Shown: positions 10,496 through 21,174, counted from the stretch's first letter. The stretch is 64,000 bases of DNA from Chthoniobacteraceae bacterium (GCA_040081625.1 JBEBGD010000017.1:1-64000); one strand, 5' to 3'. Notes: generated from the sequence alone by a model not told the origin. Numbers and translations: made by a program.

Positions 10496-12000
10496 GCGAG
10501 CACATCCTTGACGACGTGCCCATGCACGTTCGTCAGCCGGCGTTCGAGGCCGTTATGGTAATAGCTCAGCCGCTCGTGATCCAGGCCCATGAGGTGCAGG
10601 ATGGTGGCGTTGAAGTCATAAACCTCGACCGGATTCACGACAGCCTTCGCGCCGAACTCGTCGCTCTCGCCGTAGCTGAATCCCTTCTTCACACCCGCGC
10701 CGGCGAGGAAGCACGTGAAGGCATCTGGGTTGTGATCGCGGCCGGTGCCGTTGCCTTGCAGGAAGGGCATGCGCCCGAACTCGGTGCACCACACGACCAG
10801 CGTGCGTTCGAGCAGGCCGCGACGTTTCAGATCCGCAATCAGGGCCGCCGTCGGCTGGTCCATAATCTCCGCCTGCATCGCGTGCGTCTTGAGAATGTCG
10901 GAGTGCGAATCCCAGTTCGTGATGCCGTTGCCGCCGGCGGGATCGCTGCCGTTGAAGAGCTGCACCACGCGCACGCCCTTCTCGATCAGCCGCCGCGCAA
11001 GGATGCAGTTCTTCGCATACTCGCGTTTGAGGTCCGTGCCAGTATCGGTGCCGTATTCCTTGTGGATGGATTCCGGCTCGGACGAGAGCTGCATGACCTC
11101 CGGGACCGACATCTGCATCTTGCCCGCGAGTTCATAACTCGCGATGCGCGCGGCGAGGTCCGCGTCGCCGGGGAATTTTTCGTGATGCTTCCCGTTCAAG
11201 CGGCTCAGCAGATCCGTCGTGAGCCGGTCGTCCTTCGCGGAGAATGCCGCGGGCCGCGCGAGATTCGACGGCGGGTTCTTCGCGGTGAAATCGGTGCCCT
11301 GAAACGCAGCCGGCAGGAAGCCGCTGCCGAAGTTGTTCTTCCCCGAGCGCGCCATGCCACGCGGATCGTTGATCGCGACAAAAGCCGGCAGGTCCGACGC
11401 CTCCGTGCCGAGCGCGTAAGTCACCCACGCGCCGAACGACGGAAAGCCCTCCTGCGTGAATCCGGTGTTGAAGAAATTCTCCCCCTGCGGATGCGCGCTT
11501 GTCTGCGTGTGCAGCGAGTGGACGAAGCAAAAGTCGTCCACGAGCGCACCGAGATGAGGGAGCAAGTCGGACGTCATCTTCCCGCTCTTGCCCCGCGGTT
11601 TGAAATCCCAGAACGGCTTCGCGATGTTGCCCGTCGTTCCTTCGAAGGTGACCGGCGGAATGCCCGGCGGCTTCTGCCCGTGAAACTTCGCGAGGTCCGG
11701 CTTGTAGTCGAACGTGTCCACATGGCTGACCGCACCCGGGCAATAAATCACGAGCACCTGCTCCGCCGCCGCCGCGAAGTGCGGCGCCCGCGGCGCGTAG
11801 GGATGGTCGGGATCGATGTTCGGTCGCGCGGGTTGCTTTCCGGTGAAGGCCGAAGGATCCACCGGCGCTGCCAGCAGCCCTTCCGCCGCGAGCAATTTCG
11901 CCAGCCCGATCCCGCCGAGCGCCATGCCGGTCTGATGCAGAAAGCCGCGCCGGTCCAGTAGCGCACGCCCGACCGGGGAGAGATGTTCGGGGCGATTCAT
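10492..12000 (-). CDS. DUF1501 family protein
   Basis: Tat-like DRRGFL; SHVDTFDYKP; ARRLIEKGVRVVQ; WDSH; EFGRMP; GRDHNP. Confidence 0.92.
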   Translation of the reverse strand: MNRPEHLSPVGRALLDRRGFLHQTGMALGGIGLAKLLAAEGLLAAPVDPSAFTGKQPARPNIDPDHPYAPRAPHFAAAAEQVLVIYCPGAVSHVDTFDYKPDLAKFHGQKPPGIPPVTFEGTTGNIAKPFWDFKPRGKSGKMTSDLLPHLGALVDDFCFVHSLHTQTSAHPQGENFFNTGFTQEGFPSFGAWVTYALGTEASDLPAFVAINDPRGMARSGKNNFGSGFLPAAFQGTDFTAKNPPSNLARPAAFSAKDDRLTTDLLSRLNGKHHEKFPGDADLAARIASYELAGKMQMSVPEVMQLSSEPESIHKEYGTDTGTDLKREYAKNCILARRLIEKGVRVVQLFNGSDPAGGNGITNWDSHSDILKTHAMQAEIMDQPTAALIADLKRRGLLERTLVVWCTEFGRMPFLQGNGTGRDHNPDAFTCFLAGAGVKKGFSYGESDEFGAKAVVNPVEVYDFNATILHLMGLDHERLSYYHNGLERRLTNVHGHVVKDVLA

Positions 12001-12005
12001 TGCGA

Positions 12006-12389
12006 CTACTTGGAGGCGGCCGGCTTGGGCTTGTGCAGTTCCGTGAACTTCGCGAACTGCGAGTCGGTGAGGAATGTTTTCGCCTCGTTAAAGTAGGCGG
12101 ACCATGCGTCCTTCGTCCTGGCCTTCAACTCATCCGCCGCCGCCCCGCTGGCCTTCGCTTTCGCCACCGCTTCCGTGCGAACGCTAATCGCATCGGCGAG
12201 CTTCGTCTTCTGCTCCTCGTTCAGGTCGGGGACAACGACCGTCACCTTGTCCACCTCCTTCTGCAGCCAGCCCGGAACCGCCTTCCCTTTGGCGTCCTCC
12301 GCGCGTGCATCGAGAGCGGGCAGAGCGAGGAATCCGAGCGTGGCGGCGAGGGTGAAAAGGGCAATTCTGCCGGGTGATTTTGTGTTCAT
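12006..12389 (-). CDS. Small secreted helical protein (LTXXQ/Spy-CpxP-like)
   Basis: Start MNTKSPGRIALFTLAATLG..ALDARA (signal peptide); LNEEQKTKL and LTDSQFAKF motifs; A/C-rich leader. Confidence 0.6.
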   Translation of the reverse strand: MNTKSPGRIALFTLAATLGFLALPALDARAEDAKGKAVPGWLQKEVDKVTVVVPDLNEEQKTKLADAISVRTEAVAKAKASGAAADELKARTKDAWSAYFNEAKTFLTDSQFAKFTELHKPKPAASK

Positions 12390-12441
12390 GGTCTGTTGTT
12401 TGGTTGTTTGTTTCGCGGAAAGCGGGCGTTTGGGGAGTTCG

Positions 12442-15207
12442 TCACGGCAGGAACGCAAATTCGTTCGAGTTGATGAGGGTGCGGGCGACGATGGGGAGGC
12501 CGGATTCCTTTACCACGGCGACGCAGGCGGTCAGTTCGGCGTCGGTCGGTTGGCGGTTGAGAAGGAGTTGGAAACACCGGCGGATTTGCGGCTCGGGATC
12601 GGCGACGTCGGCTTCTTTCGCAGCGCGCTCGGCGAGGAACTTCGACTGCTCGACCACGAAGTCACTGTTCATCAAGTTGAGCGCCTGGAGCGGCGTCGTG
12701 GAGACGGGGCGCTTCGGGCTGACCTGGCCGCAGTCGGGGAAATCGAACGCGGTGAAAATCTGGTCGTCCACGCGGCGCATGCGCTCCTGGTAAAGCATGC
12801 GGCGCCACGTCTCGGGGCCGTGATTGTCCACGACCTCCCACTGCGCGTAGGTCTTCTTCACGTTGTGGATGCGGTAGCTGCGGCCGCCGATCGCGGCGTC
12901 GAGCTTGCCGGAGGCTTGCAGGATGGAGTCGCGCATGACCTCGGCTTCGACGCGGCGCGGAGCAAAGCGCCACAGGAGCGCGTCGCCGGCATCGGCGTGG
13001 AGCCCGTCTTCGCGCGGAGCGCTGGACTGGCGGAACGCGTCGGTGAGCACGAGGCGGCGGATGAGGTCTTTCATGCTCCACGGCTTCGCGCCTTTGTCCT
13101 CGGGCTTCACGAATTCGGCGGCGAGGTAGTCGAGCAACTCGGGATGACTCGGCGGCGCGCCCGCTTTCCCGAAGTCGGCGGTGGTCGGCACGATGCCCGC
13201 GCCGAAGAGGTGGTGCCAGATGCGGTTCACCATCACGCGCGCGGTGAGCGGATGCTCGGGGCGCGTGACCCATTCGGCGAAGCGCTTCCGGCGCTCGGCT
13301 TCGGGCGTTTTGGAGTCGAGCCCGAGGTCGCCGTCGAGGATGGCGAAACCCGCCGGCATCACTTCGTCGCCGGGCGTTTCCGGACTGCCTCGGCGGAGGA
13401 TGTGCGTCGCGACCGGCCGTTCGAAACGGCCCACGAAGCTGTGACGCGGCCCTTCTTCCGACAAGTCATCCAAGTGCTTCTGCAATCGTGTGGATGCCGC
13501 TTTCAGCGCGCCATCCTTCTTCAGCGCCGCACGCGCCTGCTGCGTGCTCCCGATCTCCTTCCAAGTGCCGTCGTCCTGCTGCGCGAGGATGCGAACGCCG
13601 GGGAATCCGCCCTTTCCTCCCTGCTCGAGGTAGTCGGTCTCGAAGTAATATTCGCGATTCGAGCTGAAGCGGAAGCGGTTCACCTCCAGCGCTTGCGGGA
13701 GATGAATCTCGACCCACGGCTTTTTCTTGCTCCCCGCCGGCGCCTTGGATTTCCAAATCATCGTGCCGTATTGCCCGTCGTTCGCCCTCTCCACGCCGGC
13801 TCCGGCATCAGCCATTTCCGGGTCTTCCACCAGCTTCGTGCCTGCGGAGGCGAGCGCGAGGTTCACCTTGAAATCCTTGGTGCCAAAGACTTCGAGTTCA
13901 TCCACGAAAAGCATCGGGCGATCAAACTCCACGCGCAGCGCCTTGGTGATCGTATTCGGAAAGACGAGATCGGTGTAGCCGCCGTTATCTTCCTCCCAGA
14001 CGCCGGCGCCGGTGCGCAGAATCGTGCGCTCCTTGTTCATCTGCGGATAAATCTCATTGGCCCGCTGGACGCGGGGGTGATCCTTCGCCAGCTCCGGCCG
14101 GCGCCCGCCGAAGTCCACGCCCTGAAACACGGCCGTGAGCGAGTAGTAATCCTGGATCGAGATCGGATCGAACTTGTGGTTGTGGCAGCGCGCGCAACTC
14201 ACCGTCATGCCGAGCACGGAAGCGCCGACCGTCTGCATCATTTCATCGAGGCGATCTGCGCGCGCCTGGCGGATCGCCGTCGGCTCGCGACCCACCGTGG
14301 CAGCGGGCACATGCGGGCCAGCGACGAGGAATCCCGTGGCCTCACCCGCGCCCATTTGATCGCCAGCGAGCTGCTCCTGGATGAAGCGGTCGTAAGGCAC
14401 GTCGGTGTTGAACGCGCGCACGACGTAGTCGCGATAGATCCACGCGTTCTTGCGGTAGAGATTCGCCTCCGAGCCATTCGACTCCGCCCAGCGGATCACA
14501 TCGAGCCAGTGCTGCGCCCAGCGTTCACCGAAGTGCGGCGAGGCGAGCAGCTCATCCACGAGCGCGGGGTAAGACGTCTTCGCATCCGCCTTTGAGTCGG
14601 TGAGAAATTTCTCCACGCGCTCCGGCGTTGGATCGAGTCCCGTGAGCAGCACCGACGCGCGCCGGATCAGCGAGCGCGGATCGGCGGGCGGATTGTAGGC
14701 GAGCTTCTTCGCGCTGAGTTTTTCGAGCAGGAAGGCGTCGATCGCTGTCGCCGCGCCCGCCTGCTGCGGAACGGCGGGACGCTTCACGGGCTGGAGCGAC
14801 CAGAGATCGGTCGTTGCCTTCACGGCGGCATCCATTTGTCCCGGAATCACCGCACCCTCCGCGATCCATTTCTCGATCTGCGCGATCTGCGCCGGCGTCA
14901 GCGGATCGTCCTTCGGCGGCATCCTTGTATCCGGATCGAGACCCTTCACCGCTTCGATCAGAAAACTCGCCGCCGGATCGCCCGGAACGACGCCCGGTTC
15001 GCCGGAGTCGCCGCCTTTCAACATCACCGCCCGCTGATCCACGCGAAACTCCCCCTTCTGCTTCTCCTGCCCGTGACACTTGATGCAGTGCTCCTTAAAG
15101 ATCGGCTGAATCTCCTTCTCAAAATCCACGCCCCTGCAGACGGCAGGCAGAACCGCAAGCAACGCGAGGTAGCAAACGGAGAGTGAACGGGTGGGGACGT
15201 GTCTCAT
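12442..15207 (-). CDS. Planctomycete cytochrome C / DUF1549 / DUF1553 protein with an inserted discoidin-like domain
   Basis: CIKCH and CARCH; FGERWAQHWLD; ARVMVNRIWHHLFG; PSHPELLD; insert NLALAS..ANDG..PWVEIHLPQ..VNRFRFS. Confidence 0.9.
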   Translation of the reverse strand: MRHVPTRSLSVCYLALLAVLPAVCRGVDFEKEIQPIFKEHCIKCHGQEKQKGEFRVDQRAVMLKGGDSGEPGVVPGDPAASFLIEAVKGLDPDTRMPPKDDPLTPAQIAQIEKWIAEGAVIPGQMDAAVKATTDLWSLQPVKRPAVPQQAGAATAIDAFLLEKLSAKKLAYNPPADPRSLIRRASVLLTGLDPTPERVEKFLTDSKADAKTSYPALVDELLASPHFGERWAQHWLDVIRWAESNGSEANLYRKNAWIYRDYVVRAFNTDVPYDRFIQEQLAGDQMGAGEATGFLVAGPHVPAATVGREPTAIRQARADRLDEMMQTVGASVLGMTVSCARCHNHKFDPISIQDYYSLTAVFQGVDFGGRRPELAKDHPRVQRANEIYPQMNKERTILRTGAGVWEEDNGGYTDLVFPNTITKALRVEFDRPMLFVDELEVFGTKDFKVNLALASAGTKLVEDPEMADAGAGVERANDGQYGTMIWKSKAPAGSKKKPWVEIHLPQALEVNRFRFSSNREYYFETDYLEQGGKGGFPGVRILAQQDDGTWKEIGSTQQARAALKKDGALKAASTRLQKHLDDLSEEGPRHSFVGRFERPVATHILRRGSPETPGDEVMPAGFAILDGDLGLDSKTPEAERRKRFAEWVTRPEHPLTARVMVNRIWHHLFGAGIVPTTADFGKAGAPPSHPELLDYLAAEFVKPEDKGAKPWSMKDLIRRLVLTDAFRQSSAPREDGLHADAGDALLWRFAPRRVEAEVMRDSILQASGKLDAAIGGRSYRIHNVKKTYAQWEVVDNHGPETWRRMLYQERMRRVDDQIFTAFDFPDCGQVSPKRPVSTTPLQALNLMNSDFVVEQSKFLAERAAKEADVADPEPQIRRCFQLLLNRQPTDAELTACVAVVKESGLPIVARTLINSNEFAFLP

Positions 15208-15330
15208 CGTGGAAACACTACCGATCCCGAAAAAACTAACGCGGAAAAAGTCCCGCGACCGGAGATTCCGGCTCAACCCCGCCGGACACGGCTTCGGAAC
15301 TTGCGAGTTCATCCGTGCGAAGTCCGCACA

Positions 15331-16878
15331 TCACCACGCCTTCTCACGCACCTTCATCAGCTCGGGGTATCTCTCGTCCACGTCGCCGACTTGCTCCTTC
15401 ACGCGCAGAAGTTCCTTTTTCAAATCGTCGCGCACCTTCGCGTATTTAGCCTCGGCATGGACGGTGCGCAGCTCCATCGGGTCTTTGCGCAGGTCGTAAA
15501 GTTCCCATCCGGGCGTGGTCGGAGGATGCGGGGCCTTGGCGAAGATCTCCGCGTCGAGCGGCAGCCCGTAGAAGAAGATGAGTTTGTGGTCCTTCGTGCG
15601 GATGCCGTAGTGCGCCGGGTTGTCGTGATGCTCCATGTGCATCCAGTAGCGGTAGTAGGTTGCCTTGCGCCAATCGGCGGGCTCGGGCTCGCCGCGCAGC
15701 ATCGGCAGGAAGCTGCGGCCCTGCATCGTCGGGGGCGTGGGTGCGCCGGCGGCAGCGAGCAGCGTGGGGGCGAAGTCGGAGTTGTTGATCAGCGCGTCGG
15801 ATTTGGTGCCGGCTTTGATCAGCCGCGGATACCGCGCGATGAAGGGCATGCGCAGCGACTCCTCATACATCCAGCGTTTGTCGATGTAGTCGTGCTCGCC
15901 GAGCATGAAGCCCTGGTCGGACGTGTAGATGATGAGCGTATTGTCGAGCTGGCCGGACTTTTCGAGGTAGTCCAGCAACCGCGCGACGTTGTCGTCCACG
16001 CCGCGCACGCAGCGCAGGTATTTCTTGAGGTAACGCTGATAGGCGGCGCGCTTGTATTCGTCGTCGGGCAGGCTCGGATCGACGAACATGTGCATGCCCA
16101 TGTTGCGCCGCATGTTTCGCTTTCCGACCGACGTGCCCGTGCCCTGCGTCGCCTCGGAACCGTAGTTGGGAGTGGTCCACAGGCTCTCCGGTTCGGGGAT
16201 TTTCACGTCGTCGTAGAGAAAGTCGTAACGCTCGGCGTTCTCGAAGTTGTCATGCGGTGCCTTGAAGTGGTGCATGAGAAAAAACGGTTTGCCGGACTTG
16301 CGGCTCTCCAGCCACGCGAGCGAGATGTCCGTCACGGCGTCGCTCTCGTGCGTGGAATCGGAGCCCGCGACGCGGCGGGTATTTTGCGGCCAAGGCTTCG
16401 GCCCGCGTTCGAGGTAGAGCGGGTTGAAGTAGGAGCCCTGGCCCGGATAGACGCTGTAGTAATCGAACGCGGTGGGCTCCGCCTCGAGGTGCCACTTGCC
16501 GACCATCGCCGTCTCGTATCCCGCGGCTTTCATGAGCATCGGCAGCGCCTGCCTTGCCTCCGGCAGCGAGCCGATGAGCGTGCGGATGCCGTTCACATGG
16601 CTGTATTGGCCGGTGAGGATTGTCGCGCGGCTCGGCGTGCAGATCGAGTTGGTGCAAAAGGCGTTCGTGAGCATCGCGCCCTCCCGTGCGAGCCGGTCGA
16701 TTGTCGGCGTCGGATTCAGCGTGGCGAGCCGTCCGCTGTATGCACCGATCGCGCCCGCCGCATGATCGTCGGACATGATGTAGAGAATGTTCGGCTGGTC
16801 CGCGGCACGAAGCGGAATGGAGGCAAGAAATGCGAACGCGAGGAGACGAAGATGCATCATCCGGAGCCGAGGCATCAC
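15331..16878 (-). CDS. S1 sulfatase (GlcNAc-6-sulfatase/S1_11-like)
   Basis: QPNILYIMSDDH; NSICTPSRATILTGQYSH; GKWHL; SDQGFMLGEH; WRKATYYRYW; HYGIRT. The start may be an ATG near 16860. Confidence 0.9.
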   Translation of the reverse strand: MMPRLRMMHLRLLAFAFLASIPLRAADQPNILYIMSDDHAAGAIGAYSGRLATLNPTPTIDRLAREGAMLTNAFCTNSICTPSRATILTGQYSHVNGIRTLIGSLPEARQALPMLMKAAGYETAMVGKWHLEAEPTAFDYYSVYPGQGSYFNPLYLERGPKPWPQNTRRVAGSDSTHESDAVTDISLAWLESRKSGKPFFLMHHFKAPHDNFENAERYDFLYDDVKIPEPESLWTTPNYGSEATQGTGTSVGKRNMRRNMGMHMFVDPSLPDDEYKRAAYQRYLKKYLRCVRGVDDNVARLLDYLEKSGQLDNTLIIYTSDQGFMLGEHDYIDKRWMYEESLRMPFIARYPRLIKAGTKSDALINNSDFAPTLLAAAGAPTPPTMQGRSFLPMLRGEPEPADWRKATYYRYWMHMEHHDNPAHYGIRTKDHKLIFFYGLPLDAEIFAKAPHPPTTPGWELYDLRKDPMELRTVHAEAKYAKVRDDLKKELLRVKEQVGDVDERYPELMKVREKAW

Positions 16879-18299
16879 GCGATCAGTGCCTTGATCACCT
16901 GCCCGCCGAACTGGCTGAGCTGTTTGTAACGGCCCGCGTGGTAGTAGGTCAGCTTGTTGTCGTCGAGACCTAGCAGATTCAGCAACGTGACGTGCAAGTC
17001 GCGGATGGGATGGACAACGTCCACGGCTTTCAGGCCGAGTTCATCGGTCGCGCCGACGATGGAGCCCTTCTTCACGCCGCCGCCGGCGAAGAGCATCGTC
17101 ATGGCTTTGTTGTTGTGGCCGCGCCCGAGGGAATAGACGCCGCCGCGCTTGTTGTTGTCGGGCGTGCGGCCGAATTCGCCGCACCAGATGACCAGCGTGT
17201 CGTCGAGCATCCCGCGTTGCTTGAGATCGCGAATGAGCGCGGCCATGCCCCGGTCCACGCTGCGGATGCGCTCGGTGTGGGCGCGTTCGAGGTAATCGTG
17301 ACTGTCCCACCCGCCACTGAAAATCTGCACGAAGCGCACGCCATTCTCGATCATCTTGCGCGCGAGCAGGCACTGGCGGCCAAACGTGGCGGTGTCCTTT
17401 TCGTTGAGGCCATACATCTCGCGAGTCGCTTCCGTCTCGCCTTGGATGTCCACCAGCTCGGGCACTTCCATCTGCATGCGATACGCCAGCTCATAGGTCT
17501 CCATGCGCGCGGCGAGATCCTTGTGTTCGGGATGCTGCGCGGCGTGTTGCGCGTTGAGGAATGCCATCTCGTCGAGGAAGCGGCGCTCGTGCTCCCGCGT
17601 TTTGAAGGGCTGCGAGTTGAGATCGAGAATGGGCGAGCCTTCGGGGCGCAGCCGCGTGCCTTGAAAATTCGCGGGCAGGAATCCGTTGCTCCAGTTCCGC
17701 GCGCCGCCTTGCGGAAAGGCGAGCTCGGTCATCACCACGTAGCCGGGCAGGTTTTGGTTCACCGTGCCGAGCCCGTAAGTCGCCCACGCGCCAAGCGCCG
17801 GGTCGGCGCCGAGTCGGCTGCCGGTGTTCATGTGAAAGAGCGCCTCGGGATGATTCAGCGACTCGGCCTGGCAGCCGCGATAGTTGCACAGTTCGTCGGC
17901 GACGAATGGGTCGGCGAGATACCTCCACTGGTCGCACATCTCGATGCCCGACTGTCCGGCCTTTTGAAATCCAAACGGGCTGCCGACGAAAAACTTGAAC
18001 CCCGTTTCCTGTCCTTCGGCGAGCTTCGACTCGGTCTTGTGCAGCGCGCCGAGCTTCGGCTTCGGATCAAAGGTGTCCATGTGGCCCGGCCCGCCCTCCA
18101 TGAAGAGCATGATGACGTTTCTGGCCTTCGCGGGAAACATCGGAGCTTTCGGCGCGAGCGGATTGGCAGGCGCAGCGAGACCTTCCTTCGCGAGCAGATC
18201 GGTGAACGCAAGCGAGCCGAGCGAGGCCCCGAGGCCGTGGAGCATCTGGCGGCGCGTGATGGCGCTGGAGACAGGGCGGGAGCAGAGTGAATGTTTCAT
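16875..18299 (-). CDS. DUF1501 family protein
   Basis: TRRQML; GGPGHMDTFDPKP; GVRFVQIFSGGWDSH; GEFGRTP. Confidence 0.92.
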   Translation of the reverse strand: MKHSLCSRPVSSAITRRQMLHGLGASLGSLAFTDLLAKEGLAAPANPLAPKAPMFPAKARNVIMLFMEGGPGHMDTFDPKPKLGALHKTESKLAEGQETGFKFFVGSPFGFQKAGQSGIEMCDQWRYLADPFVADELCNYRGCQAESLNHPEALFHMNTGSRLGADPALGAWATYGLGTVNQNLPGYVVMTELAFPQGGARNWSNGFLPANFQGTRLRPEGSPILDLNSQPFKTREHERRFLDEMAFLNAQHAAQHPEHKDLAARMETYELAYRMQMEVPELVDIQGETEATREMYGLNEKDTATFGRQCLLARKMIENGVRFVQIFSGGWDSHDYLERAHTERIRSVDRGMAALIRDLKQRGMLDDTLVIWCGEFGRTPDNNKRGGVYSLGRGHNNKAMTMLFAGGGVKKGSIVGATDELGLKAVDVVHPIRDLHVTLLNLLGLDDNKLTYYHAGRYKQLSQFGGQVIKALIA

Positions 18300-18306
18300 G
18301 GCAGGT

Positions 18307-21174
18307 TTAGTAGAGGTAGGCGAACTCGTGCGTGTTGAACAAAGCGAGGCAGACGTCGGCGAGGGCGCGGGTCTCGGGGCTCACATCGGCGGGTTTCCTG
18401 TCGGGCACGTAGTTTTCAAACGCCGGCAGGATTTCCTCATACTCGAAGACCTTGCCGGAGAATTCCTCGACCAATGACCGCGTGATACGCGTCGGATACT
18501 TCGCCGGCGCGGGCTTTACACCACGATGGTAGGTCTGCATTTCGCCGAGGTAAGTGGTCATGCGCTTCCGTTCGGCGTCCGCTGGCGGGCGGCCGAATGC
18601 GAGTCGGAAAGCTCGATCGATCTGGCCGGCTGGCGTCTTTGCCTCGCGTTGCAGCCGCAGCGCGAAAGCGATCGATCGATCCGTCATCAGGTCGCTGTTC
18701 ACCATCGTGAATGCCTGCGGCGAAACTGCGGCGGCGTCGCGCAGGTCGCAGGACTCATTTGGATTCGGCTGATTGAAAACCTCGAGGAACGGGTCGGCCT
18801 GGCCGCGCACGCGATAGGCGTAGATGCTGCGACGATTGCGCTCCTGCGGCGTGCGCGAGGGCTGATACGCAGGCGCGAGCGAGAACTGAATCATGCGCGG
18901 CTGCAGTGCGACCTCGAGGTTGATCTCCGGCATGACGGGCAGGCCGCCGAGCGTGGGGTCCAGTTCGCCGGTGATGCCCAGCATCGCGTCGCGCATTTCC
19001 TCCGCGGTGAGGCGGCGATTTTGGAAATACGCGAAGCGGTCGTTGTTCGGATCGTCGTTTTTCAACGTGTCCATCTGCGGATGCAGCGAGCCCATTCGAT
19101 ACGCGTGCGAAGTCATGATGAGCTTGTGCAGCCGCTTGAGCGTCCAGCCGTGCTCGACGAAATCCGCGCTGAGCCAGTCGAGCAATTCCGGGTGCGTGGG
19201 TTTCCCGCCTTTTACGCCGAAGTTGTTTGGCGTGCTGACGATTGGTTTTCCGAAATGATACTGCCAGACGCGGTTCACGATGGAGCGCGTGGTCAGCGGA
19301 TTGCCCGCGTCGGCGATCCACTTTGCGAGGCCGAGCCGGCGGCCAGTCAGATCCTCCGGCAGCAAAAACGGATCGCCCGGCGCGCCTTCAACGCCGAGGC
19401 CGAGCACGCTGAGCACGCCCGGCTGCACTTTCTCGCCGGGAGCTTCCAGCGAGCCGCCGGTGAAAATCCGCGAGTCGGGCCGCCAGTTGACATTGATCAC
19501 ATCGGCCATTCGCAGCTTGCGCCCGCTGGCAAAATTCAGCTTCGGATCGGGACCGTCATAGACGCTCTGCACCATGGGTTCGTAACGCTCCAGCGCGCGC
19601 TGCCAGATCCACTCGTCCTGCTCCCGCACCTTGAGCTGGCCTTCATCCACGTGATCGAGGCCCACGGCCCGCGCCGGCTTTTCGTCGTCGGGCAGATTCT
19701 TGCGCGCCTCGTTCGATTTGTAAGGCAGGTCGTGCTCCTTGAACCACGCGCGCGCAGCGGTCTCGCGCTTCTCCACGATCTTGTTTTTCTCGCCCGTCGC
19801 GAAGGCGAGCATCTTCTCCACGAACGCCTTCCCTTCCTCAAATCCGTCGCGCCTTTCCCCGGGCAGATAGCGCAGTGGACGCTCGGCCATCTGCGTCCCG
19901 GAGATGGCGGAATAGATGCGGTAGTAATCGCGCGTCGGCAGCGGATCGAACTTATGATCGTGGCACTTGAAGCAGCGCAGCGTGGTGGCGAGGAAAGTCT
20001 GTCCGATGCCATTCACGAGATCGTCGCGGTATATCTGCTGCGCCTCCTCGTCCTTCACCATCGCGTTGTCCCACGGCCCCATCCGCAGGAAGCCGGTGGC
20101 TACGATCTTCTCCGCTTCCTCCGGGGTGTAGTCACCCGTCTTGCGAACCTCCGCGACCTTCTCCGCATCGCCGCCGAGCCGCTTCGCCGCGGAGAGGTCT
20201 GCGAGTTGATCACCCGCGAGCTGTTCGAGCACGAACTCGTTGTAAGGCTTGTCGGCGTTGAACGCGCGGATCACGTAGTCGCGATAGCGCCACATATTCG
20301 AGCGCTCGAAATCGTTGGCCATCCCGCCGGTGTCGGCATAGCGCGCCACGTCGAGCCAATGCTGCGCCCAGCGCTCACCGTAGCGCGGACTGGCGAGCAG
20401 GCGGTCGATGAGATCGGCCCAGGCCCCGGTGGCGTCCGCCTTCCACGCGGTGAGAAAATCGGACGTCTCCTCCGGCGTGGGCGGCAGGCCGAGGAGGTCG
20501 AAGGTGGCGCGACGGATCAGCGTCAGCGGATCTGCCTGCGCCGCCGGCGGGGTCTTCGCTTTCGCGAGCGTGGCGGCGATGAAATGATCCACCGGATTGG
20601 CCGCTTTCGCGTCGGTGATCGCAGGCTTCTTCACCGGCTGAAAGCCCCACACATTCTCCGGCTTGTAGCGGCGGTAAGTCCACGCGTCCGCGAGCCCGCC
20701 GCTCGTCTTCCAGATCACGCCATCTTCGTTGGAAACGACCGCCCATTCCGCCTCGCGCAGAGTCTTCTGCTCCGCCTCGCCCGGCCACGGCGCACCGGCA
20801 TCGATCCACGCGCGCACGAGTTCGACCTGCTCGGGTTTGAGACGGTCATTCTCCTTCGGCGGCATCTCCATGTCTTTGTCCGCCCACGTCACTGCGATGA
20901 ACATGTCGCTCGCCTTTGCATTGCCCGGCACGAGCACCTTGTCGGAGGTTTCGCCGCCATTCAGCAGCCCCTCGCGGGTATGCATATTCAGCTCGCCCTT
21001 GATCTTTTTCGGGTCATCGCCGTGGCAGGCAAAGCACTTGTCTTTGAGCAAGGGCAGCACCTTCAGGGTGAAGAGTTTTTCCGCAGCCGCCTGATCGACG
21101 GGCGCGGCGTGGAGCGCGCTGGCGGCGAGGAGCACGGCGCACGCGGCGAGCAGGGGGAGGTTACGGTTTTCCAT
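18307..21174 (-). CDS. Planctomycete cytochrome C / DUF1549 / DUF1553 protein
   Basis: Signal peptide; CFACH and CFKCH; YGERWAQHWLDVARYADT; PTHPELLDWL; RRLTAEEMRD. Confidence 0.92.
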   Translation of the reverse strand: MENRNLPLLAACAVLLAASALHAAPVDQAAAEKLFTLKVLPLLKDKCFACHGDDPKKIKGELNMHTREGLLNGGETSDKVLVPGNAKASDMFIAVTWADKDMEMPPKENDRLKPEQVELVRAWIDAGAPWPGEAEQKTLREAEWAVVSNEDGVIWKTSGGLADAWTYRRYKPENVWGFQPVKKPAITDAKAANPVDHFIAATLAKAKTPPAAQADPLTLIRRATFDLLGLPPTPEETSDFLTAWKADATGAWADLIDRLLASPRYGERWAQHWLDVARYADTGGMANDFERSNMWRYRDYVIRAFNADKPYNEFVLEQLAGDQLADLSAAKRLGGDAEKVAEVRKTGDYTPEEAEKIVATGFLRMGPWDNAMVKDEEAQQIYRDDLVNGIGQTFLATTLRCFKCHDHKFDPLPTRDYYRIYSAISGTQMAERPLRYLPGERRDGFEEGKAFVEKMLAFATGEKNKIVEKRETAARAWFKEHDLPYKSNEARKNLPDDEKPARAVGLDHVDEGQLKVREQDEWIWQRALERYEPMVQSVYDGPDPKLNFASGRKLRMADVINVNWRPDSRIFTGGSLEAPGEKVQPGVLSVLGLGVEGAPGDPFLLPEDLTGRRLGLAKWIADAGNPLTTRSIVNRVWQYHFGKPIVSTPNNFGVKGGKPTHPELLDWLSADFVEHGWTLKRLHKLIMTSHAYRMGSLHPQMDTLKNDDPNNDRFAYFQNRRLTAEEMRDAMLGITGELDPTLGGLPVMPEINLEVALQPRMIQFSLAPAYQPSRTPQERNRRSIYAYRVRGQADPFLEVFNQPNPNESCDLRDAAAVSPQAFTMVNSDLMTDRSIAFALRLQREAKTPAGQIDRAFRLAFGRPPADAERKRMTTYLGEMQTYHRGVKPAPAKYPTRITRSLVEEFSGKVFEYEEILPAFENYVPDRKPADVSPETRALADVCLALFNTHEFAYLY

